A DNA stretch of 64,000 bases from NCBI GenBank assembly GCA_964016885.1, contig OZ024742.1, positions 366,296,001 through 366,360,000 on the forward strand, given 5' to 3'. Source of the DNA: Eledone cirrhosa. Taxonomy: Eukaryota. A program made the position numbers and the translations under genes. Within the stretch, counting starts at the first letter, position 1; each line of letters begins with the position of its first letter. Below the pieces are notes generated by a model that saw only the letters and a program-made list of their open reading frames with translations, did no database searches and was not told where the DNA came from. Shown here one piece after another: positions 44,743 through 61,500 of this stretch.

Positions 44743-46092
44743 AAAGGGGTTTGATTGGTGTTATGGACTCTACCAACCAAACATTCAAGAACAAAGAGTA
44801 AAGAGAGTAAAGAGCAAAAGTAGGGGACGATAAGTCTAATTTTGGTGCGGGGGGGGGTCCTTGTTTACTAGCTGCGGTCATATACATTCCCGGGAGTCGG
44901 GAGGTTAGCTGAACCATAGATGGGGTGGCGTCGATAGTATGGTGCAGAGGGTGCGCAGAGGCTACACAAACACAAAGGGCGTAGAATACATATATACATA
45001 TAGCGGAGGAGAAGGTACATGAGGTATTTAGAAATGGAAAAAGAGTAATAATAATAATCTATAATTAATAGTGTATAATAAGGCATGGGGAAGATTACAC
45101 TATAATAAGGTATAAAAGTAAGAATAAGGTAAAATATAAAGGAGGATAAAAGTGGAAATAATAAAAATAACAATATATATATAGAGAATATATAAAGAAA
45201 TATAAGCGAATATTTGGAGGGGAAAACACAATGTAAAAAAGCCGATTTTTTCAAATAATAATAAAAATATAATAATTATGGGGGGAGAAAACAGGATAGA
45301 GAAATATGATCAAGTGTGATTAGTTGAGAGAATATAGGATGATAACAGTTGTGTCCGGTTTATACATCTTAATAATAAATAATAAACAATATGTGTATCA
45401 GAGTTGCAGAACCTTCAATTCACTTACGGGTTCAAGCCACGTGACATAGTCCATTGTTTATCTGTGCGGTCATGTGCGTTTGTTTTTGACACCACAGCAG
45501 ATGCACAAGTTTGTAAATTCCAATGCAGATAGAAAACTATTTTTGCTCATCCGGACATTGACCGAGGATCCAATATTCCTAGTACAATATGTGTTTGGTG
45601 TTATTTTGGTCGCACAAATCAATCAATTGGTTCAATATATGGAGTATGGTTTCCTGGTCTTCGTGACAGTGTCAGTGGTTGTATATTTGGAAATCACAGG
45701 GATCACAGTACTCCGGTTATATATATATATACTTATACATACATATACATTTATATATACATTATACATACATTATACATACATATACATTTATATATAT
45801 ATATATATAATATATATATATATATAATATAGGGGTTGCCTCGCTTTCTGATCCCCACGTGGGGTCTGTAATAGTCATTCCTTGTATTAACATTGAACTA
45901 AAACCTGTTGAAAAAGTGGCTTCCTTGTTCAATCATCTTACCAGAAGCCTAACATTTTTTATGTAAGCGGACAGTACTTGATTTATGTTGTAGCTCTGGT
46001 TCATCTGAATCATTGAGCGCTTGCCACACATCTCGGAGGTTGTTTTTCGTTATTTCATAGGCCGAAGTACGATTCTCGATAATTTATATTTG

Positions 46093-46175
<83 letters not shown>

Positions 46176-46180
<5 letters not shown>

Positions 46181-47160
46181 TATTGAAGTTTGCTTGAAGC
46201 ATTGTGGAACAATAAGTAAATATCTTTAAGTCGTTTGGAAGCCTCGACAATGCAAATGGGTAAATCTCCGGGTAACAAGGTCCGGTGGTGGAGAGAGAGA
46301 GATGTAAGTGGGTGTACGTTGAGATGCGTGGTGTGTATAAGATGTGTGAGATGTGTAGAATGAAGGGAAGAGTATAAAGGATAAAATAAAATAACAACAC
46401 AAGAGAGGGTTACCTTGGGAGAGATTTAATAGTCCCTATATATTTCGGATTCACATCCATCAACTGGGTTTTTTTTCCGGGGTGGGGAAAAGGTTGTCTG
46501 TCGGACAAGTGCGGAACGCGTCCTTCGCTGTTTGTTGTTTTGAATATCTGAGGTATTCGGCAGAGCGCGCGTGCGCGTGAAATGGGGTCGGTCGTACAGA
46601 GGTCAGCGGCCGAATGAGGGAGTGGGATGGCGCCAGCTGTCAGTCCATTCTCTGCCTGTTTGTTAAATGTTACTGTGTGTGTGTGTGTGCGTGTGTTGTT
46701 GTCTCGCTTGAATGTGTGTGTGTGCGTGTGTTGTTGCCTTGTTCCTCTGTATTGGCAGTGTAGTATGTTCGTATGGTGGAATGCTACTGTGTGTGTGTGC
46801 GTGTGTGTAGTTGTCTCGTTTGCGTGTGTGTGTGTGCGTGTGTTGTGTGTTGTTGCATCACTTGTTAACTTAAACCAGCCATCTCATTTCGCTTCTCTCT
46901 GATCGGTTGTTTATTTGCGGTTGCAGTCGTTTGATAAAAGGGACTATTAAATCTCTCCCTAGGTAACTCTCTCTTGTGTTGTTATTTTCATTAGATCCTT
47001 TATACTCTTCCCTTCATTCTACACATCTCACACATCTTATACACACCACGCATCTCAACGTACACCCACTTACATCTCTCTCTCTCCACCACCGGACCTT
47101 GTTACCCGGAGATTTACCCATTTGCATTGTCGAGGCTTCCAAACGACTTAAAGATATTTA
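46176..47160 (-). mobile_element. (TA)n-flanked element with 220-bp inverted repeat (PLE-type)
   Basis: 46217-46438 is the reverse complement of 46939-47160. Decayed HHR-like CAGTTGA T GGAT-GTGA-ATCC GAAA TATATA GGG at 46435-46469. GC-rich core. Confidence 0.7.
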
Positions 47161-47161
47161 T

Positions 47162-47665
<504 letters not shown>

Positions 47666-47697
47666 GTATATATATATATAAATATATATAGATACAG

Positions 47698-47811
<114 letters not shown>

Positions 47812-47867
47812 TACATTTCATATATATAAATACATATATACATAGTACAAATATATACATATCATCA

Positions 47868-48813
47868 TCTATAAAAGGCAGATTGTTGTTGTGTGTGTGT
47901 GTGTGTGCATGTTCCATGTTTATACCTTTGCACAATTTCAAACTGATTCGACTCAACGCCTGTAAGAATGTTGTAAATCGTCTAACTTAGTTCAACGACT
48001 ATTTATTTATTTCAAACTCGCCCACAATTATGGAAATAATCGATAAAACTAAATACAATACGCTTTACCCCTCTAATACAATCTGAATACCTCTCTCTAC
48101 TCCCCTTAAAATTCGATAAAACTACATACATGCTGCAACTTTCTCTTATATACGCTTAAACTTACAAACTTCCTTTAGGAACGTCGAAGAAAGAAGAGAG
48201 AAAGAAATGAAGGAGATAGAGAGAGAGAAGAGAGTGAGAGAGAGTGAGAACGTTTGTTTTTAAGTGTGGAACGGTCAAACATTTATTTACTTCAATGACA
48301 ACAATTATTCAAAAGCAACAGATAAATGTATTCACCAACAAAAAAAAATAGCGATAAATCTTTTTTAAAACATCTCTCAACGAACGTGGCAGAAAGAAGT
48401 ATCAGTTTATTTACTATACACAATAATATCCTCTATGAGGTCACTAAACCTGCTAGAAACAGCAGCCAACTCTCCCCCATATCATACCCATCCCTACGGT
48501 CTTAAATTTAGAAAACACATTAGACAACTATGTAGAACAACTCCATCGCAGCTCTGTTGTTCGACTGGCATCGTCTACGCGCGTGTTGCACAAGTACTGT
48601 GAAACAATAAATTTCAAAACTTCTTTGCACAGAGATAATATCCATAGGCGAAACTACAATTGTCACTGCTGGCGCAGCTCCTGCTTCGGTAGTCCAGGTC
48701 TGCAATTCATTCACCCAGTGCCTGGCAGACAAAAAAGTGCTGCCATAAAATGGGTGGTGCAACCTAACTTTGTTAACTTACTGACCCCGAGCAACGCCGG
48801 GCTTTAATGCTAG
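47868..48813 (+). mobile_element. Non-autonomous Helitron
   Basis: A|TC TATAAAA...(GT)n 5' end. 3' hairpin CCCGAGCAACGCCGGG, then CTAG|T. No TSD. Confidence 0.75.
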
Positions 48814-48872
48814 TATACATATAAATACATACATACAAATACATACTCATAAATATACATATATACATATAA

Positions 48873-48957
<85 letters not shown>

Positions 48958-49146
48958 CTTGCATATATACATATATACTTACATACATACATACATACAT
49001 GATGGCTGCAACTCGATTTCGAGGAATGCCATCGTTTGATACTTAAGAATGATTATCACGGACGTGGCTTCCTAGTCCTACTAGCAATACCATGTATCGT
49101 AAGAATATCACATATCAAGCCATGCCTGAGCTTGAAACATTTTTAA

Positions 49147-49363
49147 CCCTTTAGCATTTACATTACTATATATTTATTATTGTATCTTCACAGTAAAGGC
49201 TTTATCTTATATATCTCACATAGTATCGTATCTATGAGGTTTTGATATTATCTATTTTGAGAACAATACCTTAACATCAGTATGAGCAGCCAGTTACAGC
49301 CAGTTTAAACAGAAAGAGGAGAGAGAATTCTGGCCGGATATGGCCGGTTTAAATGCTAAAGGG
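49147..49363. mobile_element. piggyBac-type MITE
   Basis: 14-bp TIR CCCTTTAGCATTTA/TAAATGCTAAAGGG flanked by TTAA on both sides. Confidence 0.85.
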
Positions 49364-50070
49364 TTAAGTAAAGAAAGATTTACATTAGGCCGCTCCCACT
49401 CTCTGAACATCGAATGCATTTGCCCCAAATGAAGAACTGGTCAACGGCTTTGGATATATACGAATTCGCAGACATTATATCAGAGTGGCCTTCTCATAAA
49501 AGACTAGGGGTCTCTCACTCAAAAAAATACAAACATACACTCAAGGGCTATTCGGAGCCATCCCCCTATCTACTCGATGGATCTGCATAACACAATCTTA
49601 GGTGTGTGTGATTCTGTGACTGTGTGAACGTCAATACGTGAGAACAGCATAACATTCAATGAGACAGATGTTGTGAGACAGCGATGTGTGAGGCACACCA
49701 TTTCGTTTGAGCCACATGTAGTGAGTCCTCTCAGTTGCCTCGAAATGTGTGGCCAGTAACACAGGTGTCTGGAAAGGGCCGAAATAACTACAATGCCTGA
49801 GTTGACAACAACTCCTGTATTTGAGAGCGGAGTACAGCACTATCGTCAGTACTCAAGTGTTTTTACCATATATATATATATATATACAAAGAGGGCGAGA
49901 GGGAGAGAGAGAGTCTGCCGTGCTGAGACCGAAGATACATCAAATGATGGGAGTACTCAATACATGGAATGATGCAGAGTGCGTATAAAGATAGGTATAA
50001 TCTCGATCCGTTAAGCCGAAACCGCTTGGCGCCTCGGTCGGGATAATACACATATCTCTCTCCCTCTCTC

Positions 50071-50129
<59 letters not shown>

Positions 50130-50322
50130 GAAAAAGTATGACCCCGATGGCAGAGCTCAAGCCGTTTTGACGGCTATTTCTGGATCCAGAAATAGCCGTC
50201 GAAACGGCTTGAGCTCTGCCGTCGGGGTCATACATTTTCCTATTTCCCACTCTACTACCCTAAGTATTGAGTACTCTGGTGCGTTATGGTCTATCTGGTT
50301 CCTTACCACAATTCCTTTGTTA
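50130..50322 (+). mobile_element. PLE family A fold-back insertion
   Basis: Apex CTGGATCCAG; tail ends CCTTTGTTA|(TA)n. Confidence 0.85.
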
Positions 50323-50705
50323 TATATATATATATATAAAATTACTTTTACACACACATAAATACACATACGCACACATATATATGCACACCTATATACA
50401 TACAAACACATATATATATTCACATATGTATACATACACATATATTTCAATATGCATACATACATATATATTGGAAATTCAGTGTTAGTTCATCTAAGCG
50501 AGATATTTAATCAACGTGAGTGTTGTCTATATGTCTATAGGAATCAATAAATGAGAATCTATACTTCTAAAATATCTGATAAAGAAATTATGAAATATTC
50601 ATTGCAAGTCACATCACAGGTAATCTAAATATTTCTGTGATTATTCCCGTTGTCAGAAGCAGTAGGCTAAAGACAGTTACTCGTATAGTCTCACTATATA
50701 TACTA

Positions 50706-54088
<3,383 letters not shown>

Positions 54089-54551
54089 TAGCAATAACTC
54101 ACATCATGTTTGGTTGGTATATAAACCAACAACATTCTTTCGAACGTACTTTATTGTAACCCGGTCTATTCTGATAATGATTGTACCAGTTATTCGAACA
54201 TCAGAACAGCCTGCTAGTAAAGTTAACTTGCAAGTAGCCGAGAATTACGAAACATTTACATCCTTGACGTATTTCTCAGGGAGATTCAGTTTGATATAAT
54301 GTTCGAGAGGTGGGTTTTGTAAATTACAGATACAACTCATATTTGTAGCTGAGTAGACTGGGGCAACGTTTACGGTGTCTTGCCATGCTCAAAGACACAC
54401 CGCAGCCATGAATACCCCCCCCCCCCCCCCTACCATACACTAAACACACTAACCACAAGGCCACACACAAGAGTAAATCACAAACAATAAATTAACATTA
54501 ATAATAAATACAAAATAACATCTAACGAATGTGAGAGGTCAGGTAAGTGTT

Positions 54552-54610
<59 letters not shown>

Positions 54611-54666
54611 GTCTCACTCTGCAGGGTAATTGGATGTTTTAAACGATAATTATATATATATATATA

Positions 54667-54929
54667 TACGATATTAACAAATGGAAACTATATTTATAAA
54701 ACCATATTTATTTCATTATACATATTTCAAGGACACCAAGTTAAATTATGAAAGCACACCATAATTTAACTTGGTGTCCTTGAAATATGTATAATGAAAT
54801 AAATATGGTTTTATAAATATAGTTTCCATTTGTTAATATCGTATTTTTACTCCAATTATTTGTTGAGTGCTTTATATCAATTATAAAAATATTTGCTTGT
54901 TGTATCCGAACAATTTAAATAGAACTTTT
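54667..54929 (+). mobile_element. PLE family C fold-back insertion
   Basis: Arms 54667-54750 and 54760-54843 plus tail homologous to 1014-1338. Lacks the CUGAnGA half. Confidence 0.85.
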
Positions 54930-54971
54930 ACATATATGTATATATGTATATGTATATATATACACACACAC

Positions 54972-55029
<58 letters not shown>

Positions 55030-55031
<2 letters not shown>

Positions 55032-55190
55032 CAAAGGAAATGTGGTAAGGAACCAGATGGACCATAACACACTAGAGTACTCAATACTTAGGGTAATAGA
55101 GTGGGAAATAGGAAAAAGTATGACCCCTACGGCAGAGCTCAAGCCGTTTCGAAACGGCTTGAGCTGTGCCGTCGGGGTCATACTTTTTCC

Positions 55191-55191
<1 letters not shown>
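55030..55191 (-). mobile_element. PLE family A fold-back insertion
   Basis: Apex GTTTCGAAAC; tail on the left. Confidence 0.85.
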
Positions 55192-55226
<35 letters not shown>

Positions 55227-55548
55227 AATTGAGAGATAATGTTTTCACAGACTATTATATGTATATATATATGTATGTTTGTATGTATGTACACACATAC
55301 ACACACACACACACACACTCACACACACACACGTGTGTGTGTGTGTGTGTGTGTGTGTATGTACACACAAACAGGTAACCTCGAAACCAAGCTTCTCATG
55401 ACCAACGTGACTTATAAATTTGGCTGTAGTCGTGAAGCTTGTGTTCATTCTAAATGTAAGCAACATTTATATCTACCTCAGAAGTGCAGTAAAAAGAAAC
55501 TTCAGATTATCTCCAGTCAGAAATATGTGAAATGATTCTGTTAAAATA

Positions 55549-58500
55549 TAGAGCTTGACTGTGGGTCCAGACTGTGAGGGTCAAGTGGGCGATGTATTAA
55601 GTCACCCAGAAAGATCTTGACTGTGGGTCCAGATTGTGAGGGTCAAGTGGGCGATGTATTAAGTCACCCAGATAGAGCTTGACTGTGGGTCCAGACTGTG
55701 AGGGTCAAGTGGGCGATGTATTAAGTCACCCAGATAGAGCTTGACTGTGGATCCAGACTGTGAGGGTCAAGTGGGCGATGTATTAAGTCACCCAGATAGA
55801 GCTTGACTGTGGGTCCAGACTGTGAGGGTCAAGTGGGCGATGTATTAAGTCAGCCAGAAAGAGCTTGACTGTGGGTCCAGACTGTGAGGGTAAAGTGGGC
55901 GATGTATTAAGTCACCCAGAAAGAGCTTGACTGTGGGTCCAGACTGTGAGGGTCAAGTGGGCGATGTATTAAGTGACCCAGAAAGAGCTTGACTGTGGGT
56001 CCAGACTGTGAGGGTAAAGTGGGCGATGTATTAAGTCACCCAGTTAGAGCTTGACTGTGGGTCAAGATTGTGAGGGTCAAGTGGGCGATGTATTAAGTCA
56101 CCCTGATAGAGCTTGACTGTGGGTCCAGACTGTGAGGGTCAAGTGGGCGATGTATTAAGTCACCCAGAAAGAGTTTGACTGTGGGTCCAGACTGTGAGGG
56201 TAAAGTGGGCGATTTCTTAAGTGACCCAGAAAGAGCTTGACTGTTGGTCCGGACTGTGAGGGTCAAGTGGGCGATGTATTAAGTGACCCAGAAAGAGCTT
56301 GACTGTTGGTCCGGACTGTGAGGGTCAAGTGGGCGATGTATTAAGTGACCCAGAAAGAGCTTGACTGTGGGTCCAGACTGTGAGGGTCAAGTGGGCAATG
56401 TATTAAGTGACCCAGAAAGAGCTTGACTGTTGGTCCGGACTGTGATGGTCAAGTGGGCGATGTATTAAGTGACCCAGAAAGAGCTCGACTGTGGGTCCAG
56501 ACTGTGAGGGTCAAGTGGGCAATGTATTAAGTGACCCAGAAAGAGCTTGACTGTTGGTCCGGACTGTGAGGGTCAAGTGGGCGATGTATTAAGTGACCCA
56601 GAAAGAGCTTGACTCTGGGTCCAGACTGTGATGGTCAAGTGGGCGATGTATTAAGTCACCCAGATAGAGCTTGACTGTGGGTCCAGACTGTGAGGGTCAA
56701 GTGGGCGATGTATTAAGTCACCCAGATAGAGCTTGACTGTGGGTCCAGACTGTGAGGGTCAAGTGGGCCATGTATTAAGTAACCCAGATAGAGCTTGACT
56801 GTGGGTCCAGACTGTGAGGGTCAAGTGGGCGATGTATTAAGTCACCCAGATAGAGCTTGACTGTGGGTCCAGACTGTGAGGGTCAAGTGGGCGATGTATT
56901 AAGTCACCCAGATAGAGCTTGACTCTGGGTCCAGACTGTGAGGGTAAAGTGGGCGATTTCTTAAGTGACCCAGAAAGAGCTTGACTGTTGGTCCGGACTG
57001 TGAGGGTCAAGTGGGCGATGTATTAAGTGACCCAGAAAGAGCTTGACTGTTGGTCCGGACTGTGAGGGTCAAGTGGGCGATGTATTAAGTGACCCAGAAA
57101 GAGCTTGACTGTGGGTCCAGACTGTGAGGGTCAAGTGGGCAATGTATTAAGTGACCCAGAAAGAGCTTGACTGTTGGTCCGGACTGTGATGGTCAAGTGG
57201 GCGATGTATTAAGTGACCCAGAAAGAGCTCGACTGTGGGTCCAGACTGTGAGGGTCAAGTGGGCAATGTATTAAGTGACCCAGAAAGAGCTTGACTGTTG
57301 GTCCGGACTGTGAGGGTCAAGTGGGCGATGTATTAAGTGACCCAGAAAGAGCTTGACTCTGGGTCCAGACTGTGATGGTCAAGTGGGCGATGTATTAAGT
57401 CACCCAGATAGAGCTTGACTGTGGGTCCAGACTGTGAGGGTCAAGTGGGCGATGTATTAAGTCACCCAGATAGAGCTTGACTGTGGGTCCAGACTGTGAG
57501 GGTCAAGTGGGCCATGTATTAAGTAACCCAGATAGAGCTTGACTGTGGGTCCAGACTGTGAGGGTCAAGTGGGCGATGTATTAAGTCACCCAGATAGAGC
57601 TTGACTGTGGGTCCAGACTGTGAGGGTCAAGTGGGCGATGTATTAAGTCACCCAGATAGAGCTTGACTCTGGGTCCAGACTGTGAGGGTCAAGTGGGCGA
57701 TGTATTAAGTCACCCAGAAAGAGCTTGACTGTGGATCCAGACTGTGAGGGTCAAGTGGGCGATTTCTTAAGTCACCCAGAAAGATCTTGACTGTGGGTCC
57801 AGACTGTGAGGTTCAAGTGGGCGATGTATTAAGTCACCCAGAAAGAGCTTGACTGTGGGTCCAGACTGTGAGGGTCAAGTGGGCGATGTATTAAGTGACC
57901 CAGAAAGAGCTTGACTGTGGGTCCAGACTGTGAGGGTCAAGTGGGCGATGTATTAAGTCACCCAGAAAGAGCTTGACTGTGGGTCCAGACTGTGAGGGTC
58001 AAGTGGGCGATGTATTAAGTCACCCAGATAGAGCTTGACTGTGGGTCCAGACTGTGAGGGTCAAGTGGGCGATGTATTAAGTGACCCAGAAAGAGCTTGA
58101 CTGTGGGTCCAGACTGTGAGGGTAAAGTGGGCGATGTATTAAGTCACCCTGATAGAGCTTGACTGTGGGTCCAGATTGTGATGGTCAAGTGGGCGATGTA
58201 TTAAGTCACCCTGATAGAGCTTGAATGTGGGTCCAGACTGTGAGGGTCAAGTGGGCGATGTATTAAGTCACCCAGAAAGAGCTTGACTGTGGGTCCAGAC
58301 TGTGAGGGTCAAGCGGGCGATGTATTAAGTAACCCAGATAGAGCTTGACTGTGGGTCCAGACTGTGAGGGTCAAGTGGGCAATGTATTAGGTGACCCAGA
58401 AAGAGCTTGACTGTGGGTCCAGACTGTTAGGGTCAAGTGGGCGATGTATTAAGTCACCCAGAAAGAGCTTGACTGTGGGTCCAGACTGTGAGGGTCAAGT

Positions 58501-61500
58501 GGGCAATGTATTAGGTGACCCAGAAAGAGCTTGACTGTGGGTCCAGACTGTTAGGGTCAAGTGGGCGATGTATTAAGTCACCCAGATAGAGCTTGACTGT
58601 GGGTCCAGACTGTGAGCGTCAAGTGGGCGATGTATTAAGTCATCCAGAAAGAGCTTGACTGTTGGTCCGGACTGTGAGGGTCAAGTGGGCGATGTATTAA
58701 GTGACCCAGAAAGAGCTTGACTCTGGGTCCAGACTGTGATGGTCAAGTGGGCGATGTATTAAGTCACCCAGATAGAGCTTGACTGTGGGTCCAGACTGTG
58801 AGGGTCAAGTGGGCGATGTATTAAGTCACCCAGATAGAGCTTGACTGTGGGTCCAGACTGTGAGGGTCAAGTGGGCGATGTATTAAGTCACCCAGATAGA
58901 GCTTGACTCTGGGTCCAGACTGTGAGGGTCAAGTGGGCGATGTATTAAGTCACCCAGATAGAGCTTGACTGTGGGTCCAGACTGTGAGGGTCAAGTGGGC
59001 GATGTATTAAGTAACCCAGATAGAGCTTGACTGTGGGTCCAGACTGTGAGGGTCAAGTGGGCGATGTATTAAGTCACCCAGATAGAGCTTGACTGTGGGT
59101 CCAGACTGTGAGTGTCAAGTGGGCGATGTATTAAGTCACCCAGAAAGAGCTTGACTGTGGATCCAGACTGTGAGGGTCAAGTGGGCGATTTCTTAAGTCA
59201 CCCAGAAAGATCTTGACTGTGGGTCCAGACTGTGAGGGTCAAGTGGGCGATGTATTAAGTCACCCAGATAGAGCTTTACTGTGGGTCCAGACTCTGAGGG
59301 TCAAGTGGGCGATGTATTAAGTCACCCAGTTAGAGCTTGACTGTGGGTCCAGATTGTGAGGGTCAAGTGGGCGATGTATTAAGTCACCCTGATAGAGCTT
59401 GAATGTGGGTCCAGACTGTGAGGGTCAAGTGGGCGATGTATTAAGTCACCCAGAAAGAGCTTGACTGTGGGTCCAGACTGTGAGGGTCAAGTGGGCGATT
59501 TCTTAAGTCACCCAGAAAGATCTTGACTGTGGGTCCAGACTGTGAGGGTCAAGTGGGCGATGTATTAAGTAACCCAGAAAGAGCTTGACTGTGGGTCCAG
59601 ACTGTGAGGATCAAGTGGGCGATGTATTAAGTCACCCAGAAAGAGCTTGACTGTGGGTCCAGACTGTGAGGGTCAAGTGGGCGATGTATTAAGTCACCCA
59701 GATAGAGCTTGACTCTGGGTCCAGACTGTGAGGGTCAAGTGGGCGATGTATTAAGTCACCCAGATAGAGCTTGACTGTGGGTCCAGACTGTGAGGGTCAA
59801 GTGGGCGATGTATTAAGTCACCCAGAAAGAGCTTGACTGTGGGTCCAGACTGTGAGGGTCAAGTGGGCGATGTATTAGGTGACCCAGAAAGAGCTTGACT
59901 GTGGGTCTAGACTGTTAGGGTCAAGTGGGCGATGTATTAAGTCACCCAGAAAGAGCTTGACTGTGGGTCCAGACTGTGAGCGTCAAGTGGGCGATGTATT
60001 AAGTCACCCAGAAAGAGCTTGACTGTGGGTCAGAGACTGTGAGGGTCAAGCGGGCGATGTATTAAGTCACCCAGATAGAGCTTGACTGTGGGTCCAGACT
60101 GTGAGGGTAAAGTGGGCGATGTATTAGGTGACCCAGAAAGAGCTTGACTGTGGGGCCAGACTGTTAGGGTCAAGTGGGCGATGTATTAAGTCACCCAGAT
60201 AGAGCTTGACTATGGGTCCAGACTGTGAGCGTCAAGTGGGCGATGTATTAAGTCATCCAGAAAGAGCTTGACTGTGGGTCCAGACTGTGAGGGTCAAGTG
60301 GGCGATGTATTAAGTCACCCAGATAGAGCTTGACTGTGGGTCCAGACTGTGAGGGTCAAGTGGGCGATGTATTAAGTCACCCAGATAGAGCTTGACTGTG
60401 GGTCCAGACTGTGAGGGTCAAGTGGGCGATGTATTAAGTCACCCAGATAGAGCTTGACTGTGGGTCCAGACTGTGAGGGTCAAGTGGGCGATGTATTAAG
60501 TAACCCAGATAGAGCTTGACTGTGGGTCCAGACTGTGAGGGTCAAGTGGGCGATGTATTAAGTCACCCAGATAGAGCTTGACTGTGGGTCCAGACTGTGA
60601 GGGTCAAGTGGGCGATGTATTAAGTCACCCAGATAGAGCTTGACTGTGGGTCCAGACTGTGAGGGTCAAGTGGGCGATGTATTAAGTAACCCAGATAGAG
60701 CTTGACTGTTGGTCCAGACTGTGAGGGTCAAGTGGGCGATGTATTAAGTCACCCAGATAGAGCTTGACTGTGGGTCCAGACTGTGAGGTTCAAGTGGGCG
60801 ATGTATTAAGTGACCCAGAAAGAGCTCGACTGTGGGTCCAGCCTGTGAGGGTAAAGTGGGCGATGTATTAAGTCACCCAGAAAGAGCTTGACTGTGGGTC
60901 CAGACTGTGAGGGTCAAGTGGGCGATGTATTAAGTCACCCAGATAGAGCTTGACTCTGGGTCCAGACTGTGAGGGTCAAGTGGGCGATGTATTAAGTGAC
61001 CCAGAAAGAGCTTGACTGTGGGTCCAGACTGTGAGGGTCAAGTGGGCGATGTATTAAGTGACCCAGAAAGAGCTTGACTGTGGGTCCAGACTGTGAGGGT
61101 AAAGTGGGCGATGTATTAAGTCACCCAGTTAGAGCTTGACTGTGGGTCCAGATTGTGAGGGTCAAGTGGGCGATGTATTAAGTCACGCTGATAGAGCTTG
61201 AATGTGGGTCCAGACTGTGAGGGTCAAGTGGGCGATGTATTAAGTCACCCAGAAAGAGCTTGACTGTGGGTCCAGACTGTGAGGGTCAAGTGGGCGATGT
61301 ATTAGGTGACCCAGAAAGAGCTTGACTGTGGATCCAGACTGTGAGGGTCAAGTGGGCGATTTCTTAAGTCACCCAGAAAGATCTTGACTGTGGGTCGAGA
61401 CTGTGAGGGTCAAGTGGGCGATGTATTAAGTCACCCAGATAGAGCTTTACTGTGGGTCCAGACTCTGAGGGTCAAGTGGGCGATGTATTAAGTAACCCAG